Virus record (IMG/VR): IMGVR_UViG_3300038679_000131
Location: 34,839 to 98,838 of that record
Direction: 5' to 3' (one strand)
Length of the DNA: 64,000 nt
DNA from: a virus
The notes under the pieces were generated by a model. It was given only the letters and a program-made list of their open reading frames with translations. It did no database searches and had not been told where the DNA came from. Position numbers and translations under genes: made by a program. Positions 36,512 to 45,448 of this stretch are shown piece by piece. Position 1 is the first letter of the stretch. Each line of letters begins with the position of its first letter.

Positions 36512-36976
36512 ATGACTAAATTTTTTGAGATGATTTCGGCAAAGTGCAAAGCACTCTCGGCAAAACATGAAATCGAATTGATTGATGAAAAAATCAATTC
36601 GCTTGCTGAGAAAAAAGCGAAATTGACAGGCAAAGCAGACGTGAGAAAAGAAACGTCTGCAAATGTCAAGAGCAAGAGCAAAGCACAAGCGACTTGCTCT
36701 AAAGATGATCTTATCATCAACGTTGCGGCGAATGTGCAAGTAAAAGATATTTGTCGCAATATAGAGCGCAAGTTACAACGTAACTTATCAAGCAAGAGTG
36801 AAAGTGATAAACAAATGCTTTACAATCATTTGTTTTACTTTTACTCTATCAAACACGTTAATACTTTGCCGACTATTCACGGCAAAAATAAAGATTATCA
36901 CATTAATGATTATGTCAGTCAACGTACTAACAGCGTCATTAATGATATTACTTGCCACATTAACTTTGGCAAGTAA
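36512..36976 (+). CDS. Candidate pre-early protein in the GG/CC-poor island
   Basis: GAGGTAA RBS; only 3 Gly, 1 Pro and 0 Trp in 154 aa. Confidence 0.7.
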   Translation: MTKFFEMISAKCKALSAKHEIELIDEKINSLAEKKAKLTGKADVRKETSANVKSKSKAQATCSKDDLIINVAANVQVKDICRNIERKLQRNLSSKSESDKQMLYNHLFYFYSIKHVNTLPTIHGKNKDYHINDYVSQRTNSVINDITCHINFGK

Positions 36977-36996
36977 TTGCTTTTAACTTTTAACTA

Positions 36997-37036
36997 TACA
37001 ATGCAACGTTGTTATGTTATGCAACGTTGCATTGTA
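36997..37036. repeat. 15-bp perfect hairpin
   Basis: TACAATGCAACGTTG...CAACGTTGCATTGTA. Confidence 0.8.
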
Positions 37037-37055
37037 TTAAATGAGGTAAACAACA

Positions 37056-37187
37056 ATGCGTGAATATAACATTGCAATTGTTATTTATCTATCTGCTATC
37101 TGTTATTTTACTTATCAGATAGCAATATTCACTTATAACAATTTAACTATGGCAAGTTATCTACTAACTAACTTGCCTATGAGATAA
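37056..37187 (+). CDS. 43-aa hydrophobic peptide (not in ORF track)
   Basis: GAGGTAA RBS; MREYNIAIVIYLSAICYFTYQIAIFTYNNLTMASYLLTNLPMR. Confidence 0.5.
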   Translation: MREYNIAIVIYLSAICYFTYQIAIFTYNNLTMASYLLTNLPMR

Positions 37188-37191
37188 TAAA

Positions 37192-37356
37192 ATGATTAAC
37201 TACTATCATATCAAAGTAATACAAACGTCTATCATCATAACTCGCTTACAAGAGTTATTAAAGCTAACTGATAAAGCGCATAAGCGCATTAACTTATTAC
37301 TTGATATTGCTGTATTACAATCGCAGTTAAAAGAGTATCAAGTATTATGCAATTAA
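37192..37356 (+). CDS. 54-aa peptide lacking Gly, Pro and Trp (not in ORF track)
   Basis: MINYYHIKVIQTSIIITRLQELLKLTDKAHKRINLLLDIAVLQSQLKEYQVLCN. Confidence 0.4.
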   Translation: MINYYHIKVIQTSIIITRLQELLKLTDKAHKRINLLLDIAVLQSQLKEYQVLCN

Positions 37357-38045
37357 CTATAGATAGTATGTTACTTATTATCAAGTAACAATAGTAAGTA
37401 ACATACTATTACTACTTAAACATTACTTAAACAATACTTAAACAATACTTATGCCAGTATGCCTAACAAATCATAAAATTTTTTCGTGCGCATCGTCTGT
37501 ACCCTTACAGCACAAATTATATTTTTAAGGTTTTCTCAACCACCTGGGATACTAATCTGTACCTGTAAACTACAAACATAAATTTTCAACTTTTTCCATC
37601 CTCCTGGGTTTCCTTCCTTTTTATCTTCTATTACTGTACTCACATAGCACAAATTATATTTTTAAGGTTTTTCCAAAGGACATGGAATAGTCCTACTCCA
37701 ATCTATCCCACCACCATCTTCTCTCTTATCTCTCTTTCTCTCTCTGTTCTACATATACAAAAACTTTTTCATTTCAGAATTTTGTAGGAATGAAAACAAA
37801 GGAATTAAAAACACACAATAATTTTTATAGAAATTTAGGAAAGACCTGGGAAATTAAATTTTACCAATTAAGTAATCAAAAACAAAAAGGAGAAAGATTA
37901 AGATTACACAAAGGATTAGGAAATCAATCATTTTCATTGTTCCTATTTAATCTTTCTTCTTCTCTTGAGCATTTACTTGACATAGCACAGAGAGAATAGA
38001 TTATTAATAGGATTAGGATGATGAAAGGGATTAGGAAATAATAAA

Positions 38046-38318
38046 TCATGGGTTATTCCTTAGTTTATGGAGTGCTTTCATTACAAGGGATAAATCTTTA
38101 GTATTCCAACCATAAGATTTAAGATCGTTGATTATTCGTTTAATATTTAGTTCTTGTGGTTTAGACAGACATTCTTTGCAGATAAGTACACTAGTATCGT
38201 CTGAGAACATTAAACTATCTGATTCTTTCCAATACCAAGAATCATTACAGTTAGGGCAGGTGGAGTAACCTTTTAGTTTACCTATATAATTCTTAATTCT
38301 CCTTGTTAAGTAATTCAT
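38046..38318 (-). CDS. Zn-finger hypothetical protein
   Basis: CPNC...CKEC; AGGAG RBS. Confidence 0.55.
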   Translation of the reverse strand: MNYLTRRIKNYIGKLKGYSTCPNCNDSWYWKESDSLMFSDDTSVLICKECLSKPQELNIKRIINDLKSYGWNTKDLSLVMKALHKLRNNP

Positions 38319-38321
38319 TAA

Positions 38322-38498
38322 TCAACTCCTAAAAAATATCCTAAATAAAGAAAGGATTCCATGGGTTACAATAGCAGCAGCTATATAACCACAACCCTGT
38401 TTAATTGGATCAGAACTTTGAATACCATCAATTCCAATTGCTCCATAACAACTTACAATAACAAGAAAGAATGCAATTAAAAGAACAATCTTTTTCAT
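38322..38498 (-). CDS. Small membrane protein (not in ORF track)
   Basis: MKKIVLLIAFFLVIVSCYGAIG...GYIAAAIVTHGILSLFRIFFRS; AGGAG RBS. Confidence 0.5.
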   Translation of the reverse strand: MKKIVLLIAFFLVIVSCYGAIGIDGIQSSDPIKQGCGYIAAAIVTHGILSLFRIFFRS

Positions 38499-38737
38499 TA
38501 ATCAACTCCTTTCTTTGGTAGTCTTGGGGAATAAGAGGGAAGGTTTGATGGAATGTATATTACTTTTATTCCAAGTTTTTTCATTCTCTTTCCAATAGTA
38601 GCACCACAAAGATTGAGTTTTAACCCGATCTTATCTTGAGACATTTTTAAGGTGTGGTGGAAATGGGTTAGCATTAGCTTATCATTAGTAAAGTTGTTTT
38701 CGTAGGCCAGGTCATCCCAATCTACTGGTGCTCCCAT
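38498..38737 (-). CDS. Small HTH protein (resembles 7782..8021)
   Basis: MSQDKIGLKLNLCGATIGKRMKKLGI. Confidence 0.6.
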   Translation of the reverse strand: MGAPVDWDDLAYENNFTNDKLMLTHFHHTLKMSQDKIGLKLNLCGATIGKRMKKLGIKVIYIPSNLPSYSPRLPKKGVD

Positions 38738-38979
38738 TATTTAACTCTCCATACTCTCAAGCCTTCATCAGTATTCCTTATTGTAAACTTATAGTTTAAT
38801 TGCTTGCCATAGTATTGCATTTTTGAGTTGGTTTGATTTCTTAGTTTTGGGATAGGAAGATTGTTAGGATTACTAACAATAAAAGAATCATTGATTTCTA
38901 GGTTTTTAATTTCTTCAATCATTTTACTTGTAGATGCTTTAACTTTGTCAGGGATTGGAACACCTTTATCAATTTTCAT
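38737..38979 (-). CDS. Small phage DNA-binding-type protein
   Basis: MKIDKGVPIP...DSF...FTIR...GLRVWRV pattern. Confidence 0.55.
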   Translation of the reverse strand: MKIDKGVPIPDKVKASTSKMIEEIKNLEINDSFIVSNPNNLPIPKLRNQTNSKMQYYGKQLNYKFTIRNTDEGLRVWRVK

Positions 38980-39140
38980 TACTTATTCTCCTCATAGCCA
39001 TTTCTCTTGGCATTAGCAATACAATCAGTTTTGTTCTTATAGGATTCAGTGGAGGCGCCAACTATATTTCCGTTAGGAGCAGTTCTCTTCCAACGCCATT
39101 CATTGTTTTTAACTTTGTAGATTATCCATTTATCTTTCAT
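38979..39140 (-). CDS. YegP/DUF1508-family small protein (not in ORF track)
   Basis: WIIYK...EWRWKRTAPNGNIVGASTESYKNKTDCIANA; AAGGAG RBS. Confidence 0.7.
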   Translation of the reverse strand: MKDKWIIYKVKNNEWRWKRTAPNGNIVGASTESYKNKTDCIANAKRNGYEENK

Positions 39141-39172
39141 AATGTTCTCCTTAGTTGTTATTTCTATATTGT

Positions 39173-39199
39173 ATTATACGACAGACTTTGAAAATTAGA
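39173..39199 (-). promoter_or_regulatory. Phage-specific promoter, copy 4
   Basis: tctaat tttcaaagtc tgtcg tataat. Confidence 0.65.
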
Positions 39200-39314
39200 C
39201 ACATAAAAAATTATTTTTTGCAATTAGATATGATGGATAATGAAAAGAACTTGACAATACTGTCATAATCCGTTTATAGAGAAGGGGAATTATCTTTCTT
39301 CCATCGGAGAAAAC

Positions 39315-39833
39315 ATGGGTAGATTGAAGCGGCGAGAGGATGATAACCCTCCAGAAAATGGTAAAAACCTTCCGTCCTGCATTGAAGACAAATTAGTTAT
39401 AGACAAATATACTATTGTTAGATTGTTAGCTGAAATGGGTTTGTTTCAGCATGAGATAGCCACTTGTCTTAATATTAGTAATACTCGGTTTTCTGTCCAG
39501 CTTGGTAAAGATGCAAAACTAAGAGAAGCATTAGAATTAGGTAAACGTAAACCAGACCAGCAAGTTCAAATGTCATTGTATCAAACTGCTCTTGGTTATA
39601 ATTATCAAGAAGTTGTTGTGGAAGAGGAATATTTGATTTCTCAGAAGGATGGATGTAGGATTGAAACTCCAATAGGAAAAAAAGTCAAAACTTCTAATAA
39701 GCACCAACCTGCAAATCCCACAGCAATTCTATTCTGGTTGAAGAATCGCTTGCCGAAAGTTTGGAAGGATCGTGTTGAAGCTACTATCACATTGCGGGAT
39801 AGGGCTGAGATGGCTCATAGGTTTGGGGCATAA
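39315..39833 (+). CDS. terS: Terminase small subunit
   Basis: HTH (EIATCLNIS), ALELGK...V..SLYQTALGY, PANPTAILFWLKNRLPKVWKDR; first gene of the late arm. Confidence 0.75.
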   Translation: MGRLKRREDDNPPENGKNLPSCIEDKLVIDKYTIVRLLAEMGLFQHEIATCLNISNTRFSVQLGKDAKLREALELGKRKPDQQVQMSLYQTALGYNYQEVVVEEEYLISQKDGCRIETPIGKKVKTSNKHQPANPTAILFWLKNRLPKVWKDRVEATITLRDRAEMAHRFGA

Positions 39834-39859
39834 CATTTTAGGGAGAGAGGAGAAGGACA

Positions 39860-40750
39860 ATGGAATATGAATATGAAGAAATTGCAATATCTAATGTTGC
39901 TGTAGGATTTACGGCAGCTAATCTTACCCCACCGGCTGATCCTGATGGTTTAAAACGAAGTCTCACCTATGTTCGATGTGTTGTTGGTGGTGATTCTATC
40001 ATGGTTCTAAAGACAGGGGGAACCCCAACTAATTTAATTGGAGAGGAGTTTTCTGTTGGAACTGTTTTTTATGTAAGAAAAGACGATGCAAAGAATTTTA
40101 AAGCTATTCGTAAGACAACAGATGCCACTTTAAAATGCTTTTATGTAACAGGAGAAAGTACTCCCATTCCGTATGATTACTCTTTTAATGGTTCTCAAAT
40201 TGCCTCTACAGCTAGGGTGATTGAAATTCTTGAGGAACTTTTGGAAAGGCTCAAAATTAGTTACACTCTCTTTAGTGCAAGTCCTTCAACATCTCCAAGT
40301 CTGAGTCCTTCGTTATCTCCTTCATTGTCACCGAGTCTGAGTCCTTCTCTGTCTTCTAGCTTATCACCAAGTCTAAGTCCGAGTCTTTCCCCTAGTCTAA
40401 GCCCAAGTGTGAGTTTGTCACCAAGTTTGAGCCCGTCTCTAAGCCCAAGCTTGAGCCCATCACTTTCTCCGAGTCTTTCACCAAGCCTATCTCCAAGTTT
40501 GAGTCCATCGCTTTCACCTTCTTTAAGCCCGAGCTTGTCGCCTAGTCTGTCACCGAGTATCAGTCCAAGTGTAAGCCCATCTGAATCGGTAAGTCCGTCT
40601 CTGTCTTCAAGTATGTCACCGAGCTACAGTCCATCAGCTTCAACTTCACCTAGTTTGAGTCCTTCATTGAGTTCTTCAATGTCACCGAGCTACAGTCCAT
40701 CAGCTTCAACTTCACCTAGTCTAAGTCCAAGTGTGTCACCATCTACTTAA
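39860..40750 (+). CDS. Small beta-domain protein with a ~158-aa Ser-Pro (SPSL) mucin-like C-terminal tail
   Basis: (SPSL)n tract ending SPSVSPST; strong RBS. Confidence 0.8.
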   Translation: MEYEYEEIAISNVAVGFTAANLTPPADPDGLKRSLTYVRCVVGGDSIMVLKTGGTPTNLIGEEFSVGTVFYVRKDDAKNFKAIRKTTDATLKCFYVTGESTPIPYDYSFNGSQIASTARVIEILEELLERLKISYTLFSASPSTSPSLSPSLSPSLSPSLSPSLSSSLSPSLSPSLSPSLSPSVSLSPSLSPSLSPSLSPSLSPSLSPSLSPSLSPSLSPSLSPSLSPSLSPSISPSVSPSESVSPSLSSSMSPSYSPSASTSPSLSPSLSSSMSPSYSPSASTSPSLSPSVSPST

Positions 40751-40778
40751 TTTTTAAGTAATATAAGGGAGAAATAAA

Positions 40779-41159
40779 ATGGCAGAGATTCCAAGCATTC
40801 CAGTAATTGTAGCTCAAAACCAAACGGCTAAGATTACTTCTCATAGTTTTGTAATTGGTGCAGCAGAGACAAGTGGAACCTCTGCTATTTCTTATAATGG
40901 TATGGTAAAGAATTTACATTTAGTGGTTCCCAATTTCACCAATGTCGTCACTGTTACTGTTACTTTGGTAGATAGCAGTGGAAGAGTTTTATGGACCTCT
41001 GCGGCAAAAGCTAAAAATGCCAGTTATAATTTGAGTATTGAGGCTGAATGGTTTGACCAATTAGTTGAAAGTACCCTTATTTGGACAATTACTCTTTCGG
41101 GGGTTCCTGGTGGGTCAGGTGGTACAGTAGTTCTTGTACCAAGATATTATGGGGTTTAA
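40779..41159 (+). CDS. Small beta-sandwich protein, probably virion-associated
   Basis: Val/Thr-rich alternating strands; late-operon position. Confidence 0.55.
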   Translation: MAEIPSIPVIVAQNQTAKITSHSFVIGAAETSGTSAISYNGMVKNLHLVVPNFTNVVTVTVTLVDSSGRVLWTSAAKAKNASYNLSIEAEWFDQLVESTLIWTITLSGVPGGSGGTVVLVPRYYGV

Positions 41160-41161
41160 TT

Positions 41162-43654
41162 ATGCAACATAGATGTGCTTTAATTCCAGTTGTAGGGAAG
41201 CTCCCAGAAAAATACCTCCTCCGAGACGACTTCACCACGGCTCTCGCCGCGCCCCTCCCGGCAACCTTCCCCATGTCTCCGGGGCCTGGAATCTGGACGC
41301 CCCGGGATGTGGAGAACAAAATCGCCATCGCCTCTGGTTGGGCAGAGTTCACCCCCCAGGCGTCCCCGGTTTATGCCGAGCAGGATTTGATTTGCAAGAA
41401 TGTCCCCGTTACCAGGGAGGCTGGGGCGATCATTGTAGCCCAATGGCGCTGCACTACGGATGGAAGCCACTATCCCCTGGCCTTATTAACCTCCCAGACG
41501 CCGAGTTGGAATCACACTAACGTCAACGCCGGGTTCTGGCGGGGGGCGGCGGGGGCCTTGTATGGGATCGCCAATTCAACCTCTTACGGCAAAATTGCCG
41601 ACTTTGTTGCTGACGGGACAATTTACAATCTGATTATCGATTTGCGGGCTGCTGGGGTTTATCTCTATATGCAGGGCGGGACCTATACCTATCCCGAACT
41701 GGTTTTTTCTTCCATTGCTGGAACGGGTACGCCTCTCTATGTGGGGGCGGCAGGGTACGATGCTGCGTTCGGGGTGAATTTTATCAGAGTCCCCCAGGAG
41801 AAATTGCTGTTTGCGCCGGAGGTGTCAGACGGTTTTAGTATAGACGGTGAGTCCGATGCCCTGGCTCATGCCGAGACTTTCGGGCTGGGCGCGGGCGGCG
41901 GCGAGAAGTTCTGGCATTACCGTGACCCGTACCGGAATACCAAAGCCCTGACACTCAAGGGCCAGTTGCATTGTCATACCACCAATTCGGACGGGGTTGA
42001 TACCCCAATAGCCCTGGTCACGGCCTACAAGAATGCCGGGTATCATTTTATCGGAGTGACAGATCATTACAACGGCACGACGTATCCTAATTTCACCGTC
42101 GACCCTGGGGTGTCAGGGATCACGTTTCTACCCAGTTGCGAAGGCGGCGGAACTTCGGTTGAATTGCTGTGCTGGAATGTGTCACAGGGCTACAGTGCGG
42201 CCACTCAGGTCGTGATTGATGCGGTTCTGGCTGAAGGTGGGATGATCGGCTTGCCCCATCCTAATTATGAGACACCTATCACCACGGCTTTTACTTACCT
42301 TTGGAGCCGTGGGTTGCACCTGATCGAGGCTTATAACGGAGCTGTGTATAACGGTGTTAGCGGCCCTGCTGCTGGCGAGGGCCGGGCTCAATGGGATGCT
42401 CACCTGAGTCTGCATAGGATATTCTACGGGATATTTACTGATGATTGCCATGATATTTCCGATCCAGGCGGATTCGATAATGGCTGGGTTATCGTTTTTG
42501 CCGACACGAACACCCCGGCAGCCATAGTTGATGCCCTGAAAAAGGGCAATTTCTATGGCAGTAACGGGCCTGATTTTTCTCAGTCCTTTGACCGGGAGAC
42601 AGGGGTTATTACGGTGACCACCTCCGCTGCGGCTACCATCCGGTTTATTGGGGCGGGTGGGGCGGTGCTGCAAACCACCAATGATGTGACTACGGAGACT
42701 TATACATTGGTGGGGACCGAACTTTATGTACGGGCTGAGGTGATCCGCAATTCCGATAGCAAGTGGGCCTGTGGTCAACCGATCATGCGGGAGACCTGGA
42801 GCCTGAGCGGCGGGCAAATGCTGAATACGCCCCCGATGCCTAATGCCAATCTGATCGGCAACAGCACTTTTGATGATGGCTCATGGTGGTCTGTGGATAC
42901 CCCGACCGATTGGGCCATTTCCGGGGGGACAGCTAACAAGGCGGCTGGGGCCTCCGCCAGGCGGCTATACAAATCGTCTCTTATAACCCTGGGCCGGTTT
43001 TATCAACTGACCTGGGACATCTTGAACCGGACGGCGGGGAACTTTTTTTCTACTATCCAATATTCCAGCAAGTACCGGACGGCAGACGGTTCCTATGTTG
43101 ATTATTTGTTTTCCTTGTCAGGACAAACCTTTGCCATATATGGCGATGCGGCGTCTGCTGGGTCCATTGACAATGTTTTCCTGGAAGAAGTGCCGTTCAC
43201 GGCCTGCATCAAGGCCATTGAGTCGTCAACCCCGGATACGGAGGTGGGTATTGACTTGATGACGGTGCCCTCGGCCAGCATGGCAGGGTTTATTCTAAGC
43301 GCCGATCATCCTGATTACCCGTGCAATTTTGTCCTGGCTTTATTGGTCAGGACGAACCCCGGCGACTTTGTTTATCTAATTAAGTACGTGAACGGGGTGC
43401 CGACCCAAGTGTTCTCCACGTCAACAAGTTTTGCCGATGGCCGCCGCCTGATCGCCCGGAAATTCGGCAACAATTATTTCCTGTCGCAGCACGGAGGCTA
43501 TGTCAACACTGGCGTGGTTGCCGATGCCGGGATCATCAATAATCGTTATTTCGGTCTGTTCACCCCGGACCCATTGGTTCGGTTTGATAACTGGCTGTTG
43601 CGGCCAACGGGCACTGGGCAGGAGTATTCGTGGTTTAATCGGTTTTTGAGGTAG
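41162..43654 (+). CDS. Multidomain protein with a PHP (CehA/McbA-like) metallohydrolase domain and beta-sandwich/CBM-like domains; start reassigned to ATG 41162
   Basis: KGQLHCHT..SDG, GVTDH, PHP, EAYN, TDDCH, GNFYGSNGP; NLIGNSTFD CBM-like start; GC-rich DNA. Confidence 0.7.
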   Translation: MQHRCALIPVVGKLPEKYLLRDDFTTALAAPLPATFPMSPGPGIWTPRDVENKIAIASGWAEFTPQASPVYAEQDLICKNVPVTREAGAIIVAQWRCTTDGSHYPLALLTSQTPSWNHTNVNAGFWRGAAGALYGIANSTSYGKIADFVADGTIYNLIIDLRAAGVYLYMQGGTYTYPELVFSSIAGTGTPLYVGAAGYDAAFGVNFIRVPQEKLLFAPEVSDGFSIDGESDALAHAETFGLGAGGGEKFWHYRDPYRNTKALTLKGQLHCHTTNSDGVDTPIALVTAYKNAGYHFIGVTDHYNGTTYPNFTVDPGVSGITFLPSCEGGGTSVELLCWNVSQGYSAATQVVIDAVLAEGGMIGLPHPNYETPITTAFTYLWSRGLHLIEAYNGAVYNGVSGPAAGEGRAQWDAHLSLHRIFYGIFTDDCHDISDPGGFDNGWVIVFADTNTPAAIVDALKKGNFYGSNGPDFSQSFDRETGVITVTTSAAATIRFIGAGGAVLQTTNDVTTETYTLVGTELYVRAEVIRNSDSKWACGQPIMRETWSLSGGQMLNTPPMPNANLIGNSTFDDGSWWSVDTPTDWAISGGTANKAAGASARRLYKSSLITLGRFYQLTWDILNRTAGNFFSTIQYSSKYRTADGSYVDYLFSLSGQTFAIYGDAASAGSIDNVFLEEVPFTACIKAIESSTPDTEVGIDLMTVPSASMAGFILSADHPDYPCNFVLALLVRTNPGDFVYLIKYVNGVPTQVFSTSTSFADGRRLIARKFGNNYFLSQHGGYVNTGVVADAGIINNRYFGLFTPDPLVRFDNWLLRPTGTGQEYSWFNRFLR

Positions 43655-43793
43655 GGGGGTAGGAGTTGACGCTGTGGCGATACGGGGCTTTCAAGCGAAT
43701 AACTGCCAATCGGTTTTACCGGGGGCTTCTGATCATCCCGGGGTGCTGGTAGATATTAATCAATTATAATAAAATAAATATAGTAGGTGGTTA

Positions 43794-44588
43794 ATGATCC
43801 TTTCAGTAATTATCCCCTCATGGAAAGACCCTTATTTAATTAAAACTATTAATTCTCTTTTGACAAGTTCTGAGTTAGGGGGCAAGTTAGAAATCATAGC
43901 AGTATTGGATGGTTACTGGCCGACTTTCCAGCTTGTTGAAGAACCAAGAGTTCGTTATATTCATCTTGGCAAGAATAGAGGAATGAGAGGAGCGATTAAT
44001 GCTGGGGTTGATATAGCAAGAGGAGAATTTATCTGTCGGGCAGATGAACATTGCTTATTTGGACAGGGTTGGGATAGGATAATGACAGAAAGTTGTAAAC
44101 CAAATTGGATTATGACTTCTAGAAGATACTTTCTTGATCCGGTTAAGTGGGAAATAATGAAAGAACAAGGTTATGTTGATTATGAGAAATTAGTTATTCA
44201 AGAAGGAATTAAATTTTCTGGTCAAAGGTGGAGGAGCAGAGATAAAGAAAGAAAAGATATAATGGTTGATGGTACTATGGCTATGCAGGGTTCAGTTTGG
44301 CTTATGCCAAGACAATGGTGGAAAGATGTAATAGGTGAATTGCAGACTGAGGGATATGGTCCTCACTACCAGGATTCTCATGAGATGGTTTTCAAGACGT
44401 GGAAAGCAGGTGGAAGTTTAATGCTTAACAAAAGTACTCACTTTGCTCATAAACATAGAAGTTTTTCCAGAACACATAATGATGGAACAGTAGATAATCC
44501 AGCTAATAAAGAGGCTGGATGGAAATATTCACTTGATGTTTGGCGGGAATATTATGAATCGGAAATAAGACCTCGTTGGGGGATTTAA
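43794..44588 (+). CDS. GT-A glycosyltransferase (GT2/ppGalNAc-T-like)
   Basis: LSVIIPS, RGMRGAINAG, RADEHC, QGSVW, EMVFKTWKAGG...FAHKHR. Confidence 0.85.
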   Translation: MILSVIIPSWKDPYLIKTINSLLTSSELGGKLEIIAVLDGYWPTFQLVEEPRVRYIHLGKNRGMRGAINAGVDIARGEFICRADEHCLFGQGWDRIMTESCKPNWIMTSRRYFLDPVKWEIMKEQGYVDYEKLVIQEGIKFSGQRWRSRDKERKDIMVDGTMAMQGSVWLMPRQWWKDVIGELQTEGYGPHYQDSHEMVFKTWKAGGSLMLNKSTHFAHKHRSFSRTHNDGTVDNPANKEAGWKYSLDVWREYYESEIRPRWGI

Positions 44589-45448
44589 TGAAAATTTTAA
44601 TTACTGGTTGTGGTGGAATGTTGGGGGAAGCAGTATATAAAGAACTTAAAGAAGACCATACAGTTTTTGCTACTGACATAGATTTGAATGAAGATTGGCT
44701 TACTTTTCTTGATGTTCGGTACCCTATTTTAAAAGATTACTCAAAACCTGATATAATTATTCATCTTGCAGCCCTTACAAGAATGGAGTATTGTCAATTA
44801 AATCCAGAAGCCTCCTACGATACTAATCTCATTGGCACTAATAAAATGGTTCAAATAGCAAAGGATCATGATATTCCTTTTGTGTATATCTCATCGGCTG
44901 GGATATTTGATGGTAAAAAAGAATATTATCTTGAGAATGACAAACCAAATCCATTAAGTGTTTATGCAAAATCTAAATATGCCGGGGAGTTAATGTCATT
45001 AACACATTATAAAACTACTGTGATTAGGGCTGGTTGGATGATTGGAGGTGGACCAAAGAAAGATAAGATGTTTATAAATAAATTAATTAAGCAAATTCAG
45101 TCTGGAGCAAAAGAATTGTTTGTAGTAAAAGATAAATTTGGCACACCTACTTATACCTATGATTTGGCAAAACTGATTCGTTATCTTATTAGTAATCATA
45201 GGTACGGAATTTATCATGGAACTTGCTCTGGCGGTGGATCTAGGGTAGAAATTGCTAGAGAATTATTAAAAGATTTGTGTTTAGAAGGGAAGATTAAACT
45301 TAATGCTGTTGATTCTGACTATTTTAAAGATGAATATTTTGCTATGCGACCAAGGTCTGAAATGTTGGTAAGCACAAAAATAAATTCAAATCGCTCATGG
45401 GAAGAATGCTTGAAGGAATACATCAATAAATTTGAGTGGAAAATATGA
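44588..45448 (+). CDS. rmlD: dTDP-4-dehydrorhamnose reductase-like SDR
   Basis: ITGCGGMLG, HLAALT, YISS..IFDG, PLSVYAKSK, D.FGTPTYT.DLA, A.RP. Confidence 0.85.
   Translation: MKILITGCGGMLGEAVYKELKEDHTVFATDIDLNEDWLTFLDVRYPILKDYSKPDIIIHLAALTRMEYCQLNPEASYDTNLIGTNKMVQIAKDHDIPFVYISSAGIFDGKKEYYLENDKPNPLSVYAKSKYAGELMSLTHYKTTVIRAGWMIGGGPKKDKMFINKLIKQIQSGAKELFVVKDKFGTPTYTYDLAKLIRYLISNHRYGIYHGTCSGGGSRVEIARELLKDLCLEGKIKLNAVDSDYFKDEYFAMRPRSEMLVSTKINSNRSWEECLKEYINKFEWKI

Noticed and set aside
36190-37790. CRISPR array or mini-array
   Set aside because: Repeats are short or degenerate, with no regular repeat-spacer periodicity. No cas, reverse transcriptase or integrase genes are seen in the window.
40273-40747. 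SPS repeats as a mimic of the RNA polymerase II CTD (YSPTSPS)
   Set aside because: The period is 4 (SPSL), not 7, Tyr is rare, and all signals (SD sequences, sigma70 promoters) indicate a bacterial host.
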